47,590 nucleotides of DNA from Eubacteriales bacterium (GTDB lineage Bacteria > Bacillota > Clostridia > Oscillospirales > CAG-272). Below the pieces are notes generated by a model. It searched no databases. It was not told the DNA's origin and worked only from the letters and a program-made list of their open reading frames with translations. The stretch spans positions 1 to 47,590 of the forward strand of contig JAZLBH010000151.1 of assembly GCA_045613605.1 (NCBI GenBank), in the 5' to 3' direction. A program made the translations under genes and the position numbers. Of the stretch, positions 30,818 through 38,496 are shown in pieces (position 1 is the first letter of the stretch; the number at the start of each line of letters is the position of its first letter).

Positions 30818-32638
30818 TTATTCAATAATTAATACTGAAAGCTTGTTCGCTCCCGCATGCTTTTGAACAAATTCGGGAACCTCGTCGGCATTAAGTAAAA
30901 TACTAACGTCACTGCACTTGTTTGCGCTATCATAATAGAACAATGTGCTGCTAGTATCGAAATTTGCCATATTTGTAGAATTATCGGGCTTGCAGGTACT
31001 AGTTACCGTTTTAGTTCTATCAGTAACAATTATACCATTTACTGAACCGCAATTATCGAATATATCTCCAAATGATTTTGAATAGCTTGAGTTAAGAATA
31101 AACGGATTAGTAGTTGATTTGAAATAGTTGCTTTCACTAAAGATATATGAGCTCTTTCTCAAGTCGGAGCAATTCTTACACTCCTCAAAATAGTTATTAT
31201 ATGAGTGAATATTAACGTTTCTACCAAGGGGCAATCTTGACTCAACCTTATAAAAATAGTTGTGATGCATAGTCATATTCATGCACGCCTGTGAATCACC
31301 GCTACCGAAAAGCATACTCTTTTTGCTATTGTTATAGTAATTATATGCAAGAGTTGTATAAGAAACGTTGTTAAAGTCAATGGAGCCGTCACCAGCATAC
31401 TTATCGCGTTCACCGGAAATATCCCAAGCATTGTAGCCGCGATTCAAGGTGCAGTTGTGTATCCAATATCTGCCGAAATTAGCAAGATCTGCTCTGTCAC
31501 CGCCAAGGAAGTTGAGAGCATCCTCGGGATAATCGGTAAAGGTCAGATTTTTAATTTCAATGCTGCTGCACTCCTCAAAGCTGATACCAAATTGGAATAT
31601 TTCAGCGCCTACCCCAATACCCTCAACGGTAATATTCTTTGATCCCTTAACCTCAAGCATGTTGTAATAGGAATCATCGTCGTAAACGGTTTTACCGCTA
31701 AGAGACGGAAAATCGCTTCCCTTATATGTTGTAGTTGAGGAGCTTGTACCCGTAACTCTTACGTCTGTAAGACCCGTGGGGGTCGTTCTGTAGTTATAGG
31801 TAGCAGGATCACTGCCCTTATTGTTGATTTTAACGATAAGATTTGCAAGGTTTTCTCCATACTCACTTGAAAACGTGTTGTTAAAGAAATCCGCGTTTGA
31901 ATTTGAACCGTTAGTAAGTCTTGGCTCAACGTTCTTATAATTCCATTGGTTTGTAGTGATCTTTCCAATGATACGAACGAGCATAGGTGTGCTTGACTTA
32001 TACTGCGCTTGAAGAATGTTTACAAGACCTGTGTATACTTCACCGTTAATCTCGCAGGTAACGGTATTTTTGTTCGCATTGGTAACGTAAATTACCTTTG
32101 TTCCCGCTTTAACGGTTCCGTCGTTGTTGTATGCGCCAACGCCCTCGGTCGCGCCAAAATGAGCATAACCGCTTCTGTCCTGCGCGTAAACGGATATATT
32201 GTTAACAGTAAAATGTCCGACATCGTTTGTTTCCTTGCCTCGGAACTCGACCTTAACGTCATACTCACCGGCAGAAAGTCCAAGAATATAAGCCTCAGTG
32301 GCTTCAGCACCCTGAATAATAAGCTGATCGTCAATCTTAATATAATCTCCGTCAGTTGTTTTCTTATAGTAAACACTGTAAGAATGTGAGCTGGCAAAGG
32401 TAAGAACGATCATCTCGTTAAGACCTTCAACCGCCTTGCAAAAATCGGGCAAATCTTCGGCCGGAGGATTTTCACCCGTTCCGTTTGTTGTTGCATCACC
32501 GGACGTTGTCTTATCAATTTCGTCTCCATGTACAATTGTTGTGCTGAATGGCTTTGACGTTTCGTTGTTGTTACCACCGCACGCAAAAACGGACAAAAGC
32601 ATTGCAAAAACCAAAGTTAATAATAAAATCTTCTTCAT
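30818..32638 (-). CDS. pectate lyase-like lipoprotein (PL1 family, right-handed beta-helix)
   Basis: Signal peptide plus lipobox (LLSVFAC|GG). C-terminal region DGSIDFNNVSYTTLAYNYYNNSKKSMLFGSGDS...MTMHHNYFYKVESRLPLGRNVNIHSYNNYF follows the PL1 pattern (D..iD...vT.s.n.f..h.K..L.G..D....T.hhN.f....R.P..R...H.yNNy). Confidence 0.65.
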   Translation of the reverse strand: MKKILLLTLVFAMLLSVFACGGNNNETSKPFSTTIVHGDEIDKTTSGDATTNGTGENPPAEDLPDFCKAVEGLNEMIVLTFASSHSYSVYYKKTTDGDYIKIDDQLIIQGAEATEAYILGLSAGEYDVKVEFRGKETNDVGHFTVNNISVYAQDRSGYAHFGATEGVGAYNNDGTVKAGTKVIYVTNANKNTVTCEINGEVYTGLVNILQAQYKSSTPMLVRIIGKITTNQWNYKNVEPRLTNGSNSNADFFNNTFSSEYGENLANLIVKINNKGSDPATYNYRTTPTGLTDVRVTGTSSSTTTYKGSDFPSLSGKTVYDDDSYYNMLEVKGSKNITVEGIGVGAEIFQFGISFEECSSIEIKNLTFTDYPEDALNFLGGDRADLANFGRYWIHNCTLNRGYNAWDISGERDKYAGDGSIDFNNVSYTTLAYNYYNNSKKSMLFGSGDSQACMNMTMHHNYFYKVESRLPLGRNVNIHSYNNYFEECKNCSDLRKSSYIFSESNYFKSTTNPFILNSSYSKSFGDIFDNCGSVNGIIVTDRTKTVTSTCKPDNSTNMANFDTSSTLFYYDSANKCSDVSILLNADEVPEFVQKHAGANKLSVLIIE

Positions 32639-32639
32639 A

Positions 32640-32873
32640 TCAGTTCACCTTTCCAACGATTTGATCTTCTTTATAATTATAAACGAACGTGGGGCATTCT
32701 CCACCCATTTGCAAGGTGTAGATTACTTCTCCGTTCTCTTCTCGCGCCTCGTGAATAAATCCGAAATGGAGCTCACCGCGATGACGGAATCTAACGAAAT
32801 CGCGCGGCTTGTACTTTGCATTTTCGGGCCAAGCATCCTTTTTGGGCTTCTTTTTGAATATATCTAAAAACAT
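32640..32873 (-). CDS. small hypothetical protein (77 aa), tightly coupled to the pectate lyase gene
   Basis: ATG with GAGAGGTG RBS-like sequence. Its stop lies 1 nt before the lyase ATG. No family recognised. Confidence 0.45.
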   Translation of the reverse strand: MFLDIFKKKPKKDAWPENAKYKPRDFVRFRHRGELHFGFIHEAREENGEVIYTLQMGGECPTFVYNYKEDQIVGKVN

Positions 32874-32950
32874 AAAATCACCTCTCTATGTTCATAATAA
32901 CATACTTTTGTAAAAATAGCAAGTAAAATTTATTTTTGACAAAAATCTAT

Positions 32951-32979
32951 TGATTATTTGCCCGAAATAGTGTATAATA
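32951..32979 (+). promoter_or_regulatory. sigma-A type promoter of ssrA
   Basis: TTGATT-17 nt-TATAAT with TG extension (gTGtATAAT), 13 nt upstream of the mature tmRNA 5' end. Confidence 0.65.
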
Positions 32980-32992
32980 AGGCATCATACAC

Positions 32993-33385
32993 GGGCTCGT
33001 AATGGTTTCGACGGGAATTTTGAGGTATGATAAGCGTGGCGGGCTGAGTAATCCCGATAACTGCTCAAATTTTAAATTAAACGACAACAATAACGTTGCA
33101 ATGGCTGCCTAATTGACGCGCCCTCGGGCGCTTCAATTGGCAGTGCTGTGACCTGCGGGTCACCCGTTCCTCCGCAGAGGACCACGACTGCGGACTGAGC
33201 GTCATCGTAGTGGTGAACTTGCATCGGCGGTCGCACCTGAACCGATCAAGCAGAAAGGTGCTACGGACTGCGCGTTGCCTGTCAGTTGGCGACGCGTAGT
33301 GGGAAGAAATAAAAACTGACTGCCCACGGAGAAGGTCATATCAAGAGGTTTTCGGACAGGGGTTCGATTCCCCTCGAGTCCACCA
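32993..33385 (+). ncRNA. ssrA: tmRNA (SsrA)
   Basis: 5' GGGCTCG pairs with 3' CGAGTCC-ACCA, including the G3:U alanine identity pair. GGTTTCGACGGG near the 5' end. T-arm gggGTTCGATTcccc at the 3' end. The internal tag ORF ends ...NDNNNVAMAA-TAA (stop 33110-33112). Confidence 0.9.
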
Positions 33386-33395
33386 AAAAAATAAT

Positions 33396-33433
33396 AAGGG
33401 AGTGCTCTTTGGAGTGCTCCCTTGTTATTTTTT
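33396..33433 (+). terminator. rho-independent terminator after ssrA
   Basis: aagggagtgctc-tttg-gagtgctccctt (12-bp stem including two G:U pairs) followed by gttatttttt. Confidence 0.7.
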
Positions 33434-33468
33434 CGTTGCATAAAATGAGGGGGGTCGAACGCAGTGAG

Positions 33469-33696
33469 AAAACAGTCCAGTGGACTGTTTTTGAACGGTG
33501 ACCGAAGAATTTTGCGAGGCATAAACTTTATCACTTTTGCTCCCTGCCTCGCAAAATTCAAGAGCGACTTCCCCTCGAGAATTCCGCGCGTCATTCTCGA
33601 GGGATGTTGCGCCAAGATCCTTCGCTACGCTCGAGGATGACGCTTGAGTGTAAACACTCGTCGCATCGGCGCAACGACCGAAGAATCTTGCGCGGC
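33469..33696. repeat. cluster of intergenic palindromic (REP-like) units
   Basis: Hairpins: 33469-33491 (aaaacagtcca/tggactgtttt); 33507-33521 with 33545-33559 (15-bp perfect arms gaattttgcgaggca/tgcctcgcaaaattc); 33572-33582 with 33593-33603 (ccctcgagaat/attctcgaggg). Direct repeat gaccgaagaatYttgcgMggc at 33500-33520 and 33676-33696 (19/21 identical). Confidence 0.6.
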
Positions 33697-33901
33697 AATC
33701 ATAGCATTAAATCTCTAATTTTACAAAACACACTTGCATAGTAAACTTTACGTTACATGCAGGTGTTTGCTTTTTTATGAGTTAGTTTTTCGGGGAGATT
33801 AAAATTATCAGTTTTTGGAAAGTTTAAACTTGACATAGAAAGCCCGATAAAAATAAATTTGTGAAAGGGTAAAATATTTGAGAAACTTATTTTACTATAA
33901 A

Positions 33902-35026
33902 TTATTGAATTCCATATTTATTGAAAATTTTTCTAATGGTACCATCCTCTATCATTTGATTTATTATTGGAGAAAGTTGTTTTGCTGTTATCTCATCACC
34001 AAATATAGCACACATTTCATCCCAATACGGGGTAGAAAACAAATAGTATTCTGCTCGTTCTGGAGTATATTCAATCCCGAATACAACATCATATTGATTA
34101 TTAATAATTCCATAAAATAAACCATCCCAATCGGAAGTTATAAATTCCACTTTACAATCTAATCTATGGGCTATTTCAACTGCTATATCAACATGTATTC
34201 CATAATATTCACCATTTTTTTGGTCTGAATAAGGATTAAAATTATCTTCTACAGCTACAATTAATGTCTTTTTACTATCATGTTTAATTGCAGATGAACA
34301 CCCTAACGCCAATAATATCAATATTAACAAAATAGCCGCAACTGATATGATTGCCTTTTTTCTATCACAATTATTAGATTTTAATTGTAATAATATATGT
34401 TTATTTATGAAATAATAAAAGACAGCATTTAACCATCCAATAACCATTACTGACAATATATCCGTAGCAAATAGCAATAAAAATATTCCATAAACGATTA
34501 TACTATTAAGAAGGCATAGTTTTTTGATACCTTTAGGAGAAAGACCTTTAATAACGCCAATAAACATTGGTACTATCATCAATACAATACTTATAAAACA
34601 AAAATCTATAGTGCCAAGCAAAAAAGAATAGTCATACAAATCAGATTCAGCATATGGATGCCAAAATTGTATAAAACTCAAAAGTAATAAAACTACTATA
34701 ATCCATCCACTTTTTTTGCTACTTGGGAAATTATATTCATTTCTACTTTTTTCTGTGTAAGTAGTAGATGTTTGTTTGGTTTCGTTTGTTCTATATGAAT
34801 AATTAGACTTTCTTTGACTTTTTAAATAATCATCATATTGTGCTCGTTTATATGTATTTGAAAGCACATCAAAAGCTTCATTTATTTCCTTCATTTTTCT
34901 TTCAGCAAACTGCATGTCACCTTGATATAAATCGGGGTGATATTTTTTTGCTAGTGCTTTATATGCCATATGTATAACTTCATCAGAGGCATTTTCTGAT
35001 ACTTGCAATATTTCATAATAATTCAT
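33902..35026 (-). CDS. J-domain (DnaJ-like) / multi-TM / truncated type-3 solute-binding-domain fusion protein
   Basis: N-terminus [30 protein letters not shown] (J domain with HPD). 4-5 hydrophobic helices in the middle. The C-terminal ~125 aa ([14 protein letters not shown]...[14 protein letters not shown]...[24 protein letters not shown]...TPER...) resemble lobe 1 plus the last helix of SBP_bac_3 proteins. The gene is markedly AT-rich. Confidence 0.6.
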   Translation of the reverse strand: MNYYEILQVSENASDEVIHMAYKALAKKYHPDLYQGDMQFAERKMKEINEAFDVLSNTYKRAQYDDYLKSQRKSNYSYRTNETKQTSTTYTEKSRNEYNFPSSKKSGWIIVVLLLLSFIQFWHPYAESDLYDYSFLLGTIDFCFISIVLMIVPMFIGVIKGLSPKGIKKLCLLNSIIVYGIFLLLFATDILSVMVIGWLNAVFYYFINKHILLQLKSNNCDRKKAIISVAAILLILILLALGCSSAIKHDSKKTLIVAVEDNFNPYSDQKNGEYYGIHVDIAVEIAHRLDCKVEFITSDWDGLFYGIINNQYDVVFGIEYTPERAEYYLFSTPYWDEMCAIFGDEITAKQLSPIINQMIEDGTIRKIFNKYGIQ

Positions 35027-35144
35027 ATTTAATCATCCTTTCAATAATTTTATTATGTACCGTTTTACCATAAATTTAGTATGTATAAATGATATCATTT
35101 TTCTATTTTTATTAGTTCAGCAAACTATTTTTTAGCATAATAAT

Positions 35145-36098
35145 TTAGTATCGTATGGGAATTTTAGAATAATCTACTTTGGCAAATAAATATCCATTTG
35201 CTCGTAACATTTCGTCCATTATAGCAAGTTGATTATCCTTTTGCTGAGATTGTATTAGTAATGGTCCAAAATTAACATATGATATATCTTCTTTTTCCAG
35301 TTTTAATTCAATGTAAGGAATAATATATCCACAAGTTTCTCTGTATTTTATTGGTCGTTGCAATTCTCGTTTAGCAATATCAATAACTATACGAACTTCC
35401 TCCTCGTGTTTAAAATATTCTTTTTTGAAAATTAATTTCCAATCTACAAGCCTAGTAGAAACAATTGCTCTAATATGTGGAATATTCTCTTCCAAATAAA
35501 AATCTATTAAACTTAATAAAAGTTGTTTCACTAATTGTTTTTGTTTTTCTTTTTCATATATAACAGGATATATATGAAAAATCCCTTCAATTCCCATAAA
35601 ATAATTGGTTAAAGTTGCTTTTAAATCTACTGAATCAAATCCAATATTAAAGCCTTCGTATTTACTTCCTTTAGAATAATAGTTCCACATAGCCAATGAA
35701 TCTTTATTCTTTGAAAAAGAACAAATATAACGATTACATTCAGAACGCGTAAACTTTAAATCCCCATCAACTTCGCGGTATAGAGGGATGGTTCGTGAAG
35801 TTTTTATGGATGAAAACAGCTTATACATTTCCTCACTGATTTCTTTACTTTTATACATATCATTTGAAACTTCTCTCAAAATTTCTTCTGCAATTGTTCC
35901 TTCGGATACATCATTCAAGCAATCATATCTGCTAGCCCAAAGAACAGCATCAAATTTATCACCGAACAGAATAGATTGAAACCCATTAGAAGAAGTATAA
36001 TGAAACATATCTCCATCATACTCCAACGGCATATAGTTGGTTTTCATCGCCATTAATATTTGAAATTTTTCTAAATTACTTAACTCAATATTTTCCAT
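35145..36098 (-). CDS. DUF2971 family protein
   Basis: MFHYTSSNGFQSIL...LWASRYDCLNDVSEG, ICSFSKNKDSLAMWNYYSKGSKYEGFNIGF and KKEYFKHEEEVRIV follow the DUF2971 pattern as I recall it (HYT..., NDxxE, mW..Y..., E.E.R). The gene is markedly AT-rich. Confidence 0.55.
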   Translation of the reverse strand: MENIELSNLEKFQILMAMKTNYMPLEYDGDMFHYTSSNGFQSILFGDKFDAVLWASRYDCLNDVSEGTIAEEILREVSNDMYKSKEISEEMYKLFSSIKTSRTIPLYREVDGDLKFTRSECNRYICSFSKNKDSLAMWNYYSKGSKYEGFNIGFDSVDLKATLTNYFMGIEGIFHIYPVIYEKEKQKQLVKQLLLSLIDFYLEENIPHIRAIVSTRLVDWKLIFKKEYFKHEEEVRIVIDIAKRELQRPIKYRETCGYIIPYIELKLEKEDISYVNFGPLLIQSQQKDNQLAIMDEMLRANGYLFAKVDYSKIPIRY

Positions 36099-36127
36099 AT
36101 TTTCCCCAGTAAATTGTGTATAGGTTT

Positions 36128-36156
36128 ATTATATCATACAGCAAAAAAGTTGTCAA
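36128..36156 (-). promoter_or_regulatory. sigma-A type promoter of the DUF2971 gene
   Basis: Minus strand reads TTGACA-17 nt-TATAAT (perfect consensus), ~30 nt upstream of the ATG. Confidence 0.6.
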
Positions 36157-36212
36157 TGCCCCTCTCCTAACCCCATAAAATATCCCTTTCCGTGAAAATG
36201 GAGTAATACGCG

Positions 36213-36224
36213 TCGAGCCCACCA
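36213..36224 (+). repeat. degenerate direct copy of the tmRNA 3' end (possible att remnant)
   Basis: TCGAGCCCACCA versus tmRNA 3' end TCGAGTCCACCA (33374-33385): 11/12 identical, same orientation, at the far edge of the AT-rich islet. Confidence 0.35.
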
Positions 36225-36235
36225 CTTATTTTATA

Positions 36236-36262
36236 AACGGCGGCAGCCAGCCACCGCCCTAC
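36236..36262 (+). repeat. REP-like unit AACGG-(GC hairpin)-CCCTAC, copy 1
   Basis: aacggcggcagccagccaccgccctac has the internal hairpin ggcgg/ccgcc and the same AACGG...CCCTAC frame as the two units at 36297 and 36412. Confidence 0.5.
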
Positions 36263-36295
36263 GATATAGCCACATTGATTGTTAGTTAGATATTA

Positions 36296-36441
36296 TAACG
36301 GACAGTCGGGGACGCCTGTCCCTACAACGAACTGCAATATTCCATAATGTGTACTAAAAGCTATGATTTGCAAAATACCTGCGCAGATATAATTAAAGTA
36401 TCCAAAAATTCGTAGGGACAGGCGTCCTCGACTGTCCGTTA
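36296..36441. repeat. MITE-like element: ~30-bp terminal inverted repeats flanking 86 bp of AT-rich sequence
   Basis: 36297-36325 (aacggacagtcggggacgcctgtccctac) is the reverse complement of 36412-36440 (gtagggacaggcgtcctcgactgtccgtt) with 1 mismatch. Each arm is itself an internal hairpin (ggacag...ctgtcc). Confidence 0.6.
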
Positions 36442-36470
36442 AAAACGACTATGAAAAACAAAAGTTATAC

Positions 36471-36500
36471 TAAAAAGTGCTACCCTTTCAGGATAGCACT
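36471..36500 (-). terminator. rho-independent terminator after the DUF1846 gene
   Basis: Minus strand: agtgctatcc-tgaaa-gggtagcact (one imperfect pair) followed by ttttt. Confidence 0.6.
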
Positions 36501-36515
36501 TTCTTATTTATTCTA

Positions 36516-38009
36516 TTATCCAATAAATATCTCTTTAATCTGATACTTTGGTTCGCAGGTAACGTTAAGCCCGAGCTTTTTGAGGACCTCGACGTCAGCG
36601 CTTGAAAGCATAACGGTCGAATGAATATCACATCCTGCGAGTTTCGGCAAATGCTTTAGCACGTGTGCTGCTGTTGCAGACGTATGTGCCGAAATTGAAA
36701 GCGCGATAAGAATTTCGTTTACGTTCAATTTCTTATACGTTCTTGAAAGATACTGACATTTGAGCTTTTGCACGGGCTCAATTACCTCGGGCGCAAGCAA
36801 ATGAATCGCATCGGGAATGCCCGTTATCTCCTTCAATGCATTAAGAAGCATTGCCGACACGCTTTCAAGCAATTCGGTCGATTTACCCGTGATAATTCTT
36901 CCGTCGGCAAGCTCAATTGCCGCCGCAGGAACTCCTGTTTCGGCACTCTTTGCCTTAGCCGCCGCAACCACCTTGCGGTAATCCTTTGAAATACCTGCCT
37001 GCTGCATCAAAAGCTCGATTTTTTGAACGGCATTTCTATTTCTCTCGGTATCGTCATCTCTGCAAGCACAAAGTGCATCGTAATAACGACGAACGATCTC
37101 TCGCTTTGATGCGTCAGCTACCTTTTCGTCATCAACGATACAGTTGCCAACCATATTTACACCCATATCAGTTGGTGAGAAGTACGGTGAATCGTCACCG
37201 TAAATACCTCTGAATATCGCATCAAGCACGGGGAAAATTTCAACGTCACGGTTATAATTTACCGAAAGCACACCGTATTTTTCAAGGTGATAGGGGTCAA
37301 TCATATTTACGTCATTCAGGTCGGCAGTTGCCGCCTCATAAGCGAGATTTACAGGGTGACGAAGGGGCTTATTCCAAATCGGGAAGGTCTCAAACTTCGC
37401 ATATCCTGCCTTAATTCCCTTTTTATTGTCATTATAAAGCTGAGAAAGACAAACCGCCATTTTTCCGCTCCCGGGACCGGGTCCTGTAACGATAATAAGC
37501 TCCTTTTCGGTTTCGATATACTCGTTTTTACCAAATCCCTCGTCACTGACTATCTTTTCAACGTTTGAGGGGTATCCCGCAATAGTATAGTGGTGATAAA
37601 TCTTGATTCCATGCTCCTTGATCTTTCTTTCAAACTTAGCAACCGCAGGGTGCACCGACTCAAAGCGGGTGAGAACTACGCTGCCCACGAAAAGTCCAAC
37701 CTCTCTGAACGCGCCAATAAGACGAAGCACGTCAAGGTCATAGGTAATTCCAAGGTCACCGCGAATTTTATTCTTTTCAATATCATCAGTATTTACTACA
37801 ATTACAATCTCGGCTCTCTCTTTAAGCTGAAGAAGCATCTGAAGCTTACTATCGGGCTTGAATCCGGGAAGCACGCGAGACGCGTGATAGTCGTCAAAAA
37901 GCTTGCCACCAAACTCAAGATAAAGCTTGCCGCCAAACTTATCAATTCTGTCCTTGATGTGCTTTGACTGTAATTCAATGTATTTTTGATTATCAAAACT
38001 GATATTCAT
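36516..38009 (-). CDS. DUF1846 / UPF0371 family protein
   Basis: 497 aa. The N-terminus FDNQKYIELQSKHIKDRIDKFGGKLYLEFGGKLFDDYHASRVLPGF matches the highly conserved UPF0371 N-terminus. Confidence 0.8.
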   Translation of the reverse strand: MNISFDNQKYIELQSKHIKDRIDKFGGKLYLEFGGKLFDDYHASRVLPGFKPDSKLQMLLQLKERAEIVIVVNTDDIEKNKIRGDLGITYDLDVLRLIGAFREVGLFVGSVVLTRFESVHPAVAKFERKIKEHGIKIYHHYTIAGYPSNVEKIVSDEGFGKNEYIETEKELIIVTGPGPGSGKMAVCLSQLYNDNKKGIKAGYAKFETFPIWNKPLRHPVNLAYEAATADLNDVNMIDPYHLEKYGVLSVNYNRDVEIFPVLDAIFRGIYGDDSPYFSPTDMGVNMVGNCIVDDEKVADASKREIVRRYYDALCACRDDDTERNRNAVQKIELLMQQAGISKDYRKVVAAAKAKSAETGVPAAAIELADGRIITGKSTELLESVSAMLLNALKEITGIPDAIHLLAPEVIEPVQKLKCQYLSRTYKKLNVNEILIALSISAHTSATAAHVLKHLPKLAGCDIHSTVMLSSADVEVLKKLGLNVTCEPKYQIKEIFIG

Positions 38010-38023
38010 TGTAATTTTCCGCC

Positions 38024-38494
38024 TTAATCGTTTCGTGATTTGAATGCGCGTTCCATATCGCGCCTTGCATCGTTGCGAGCCATATCCTCGCGCTTGTCAT
38101 AGAGCTTTTTACCCCTACAAAGCCCAATCTCAACCTTTACCCTTGAATTTTTAAGGTAAATCTGCAAGGGCACAAGTGTATATCCCTTTTGAGATACAAG
38201 TCCAAAAAGCTTTAATATTTCTCTCTTATGAAGAAGTAGCTTTTTGGGACGAAGTGGGTCCTTATTAAACACGTTTCCCTGCTCATATGGGCTTATATGC
38301 ATACCTACAACGAAAACCTCGCCATCCTTGATGTCGCAATATGATTCCTTGAGGTTTACCTTACCTGCGCGAATGCTTTTCACCTCAGTACCGAAAAGCT
38401 CGATTCCCGCCTCATATTTTTCATCAACGAAATAATCGTGATATGCTTTTTTGTTTTGAGCTATTATTTTAACTGAACTCTTATTATCTGCCAT
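38024..38494 (-). CDS. smpB: SsrA-binding protein SmpB
   Basis: 156 aa. [32 protein letters not shown] and KLLLHKREI are typical of SmpB. Confidence 0.95.
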   Translation of the reverse strand: MADNKSSVKIIAQNKKAYHDYFVDEKYEAGIELFGTEVKSIRAGKVNLKESYCDIKDGEVFVVGMHISPYEQGNVFNKDPLRPKKLLLHKREILKLFGLVSQKGYTLVPLQIYLKNSRVKVEIGLCRGKKLYDKREDMARNDARRDMERAFKSRND

Positions 38495-38496
38495 AA

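Noticed and set aside
33202-33615. 137-aa minus-strand ORF
   Set aside because: It runs antisense through the 3' half of the tmRNA gene, its terminator and the palindromic repeat cluster. Peptide stretches such as GGLEGNRTPV are simply the reverse translation of the T-arm. It has no RBS and is spurious.
33878-34120. 80-aa plus-strand ORF and other small ORFs inside the AT-rich islet
   Set aside because: It lies antisense to the J-domain gene. Its AT-rich low-complexity translation (runs of I/L/F/Y/N) is typical of random frames in AT-rich DNA.
33386-36224. Intact prophage or integrative element at ssrA
   Set aside because: No integrase, excisionase, or replication or structural genes are present. 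Only two cargo-like genes lie between the repeat clusters. I therefore treat it as a remnant or satellite islet, and that is only a hypothesis.
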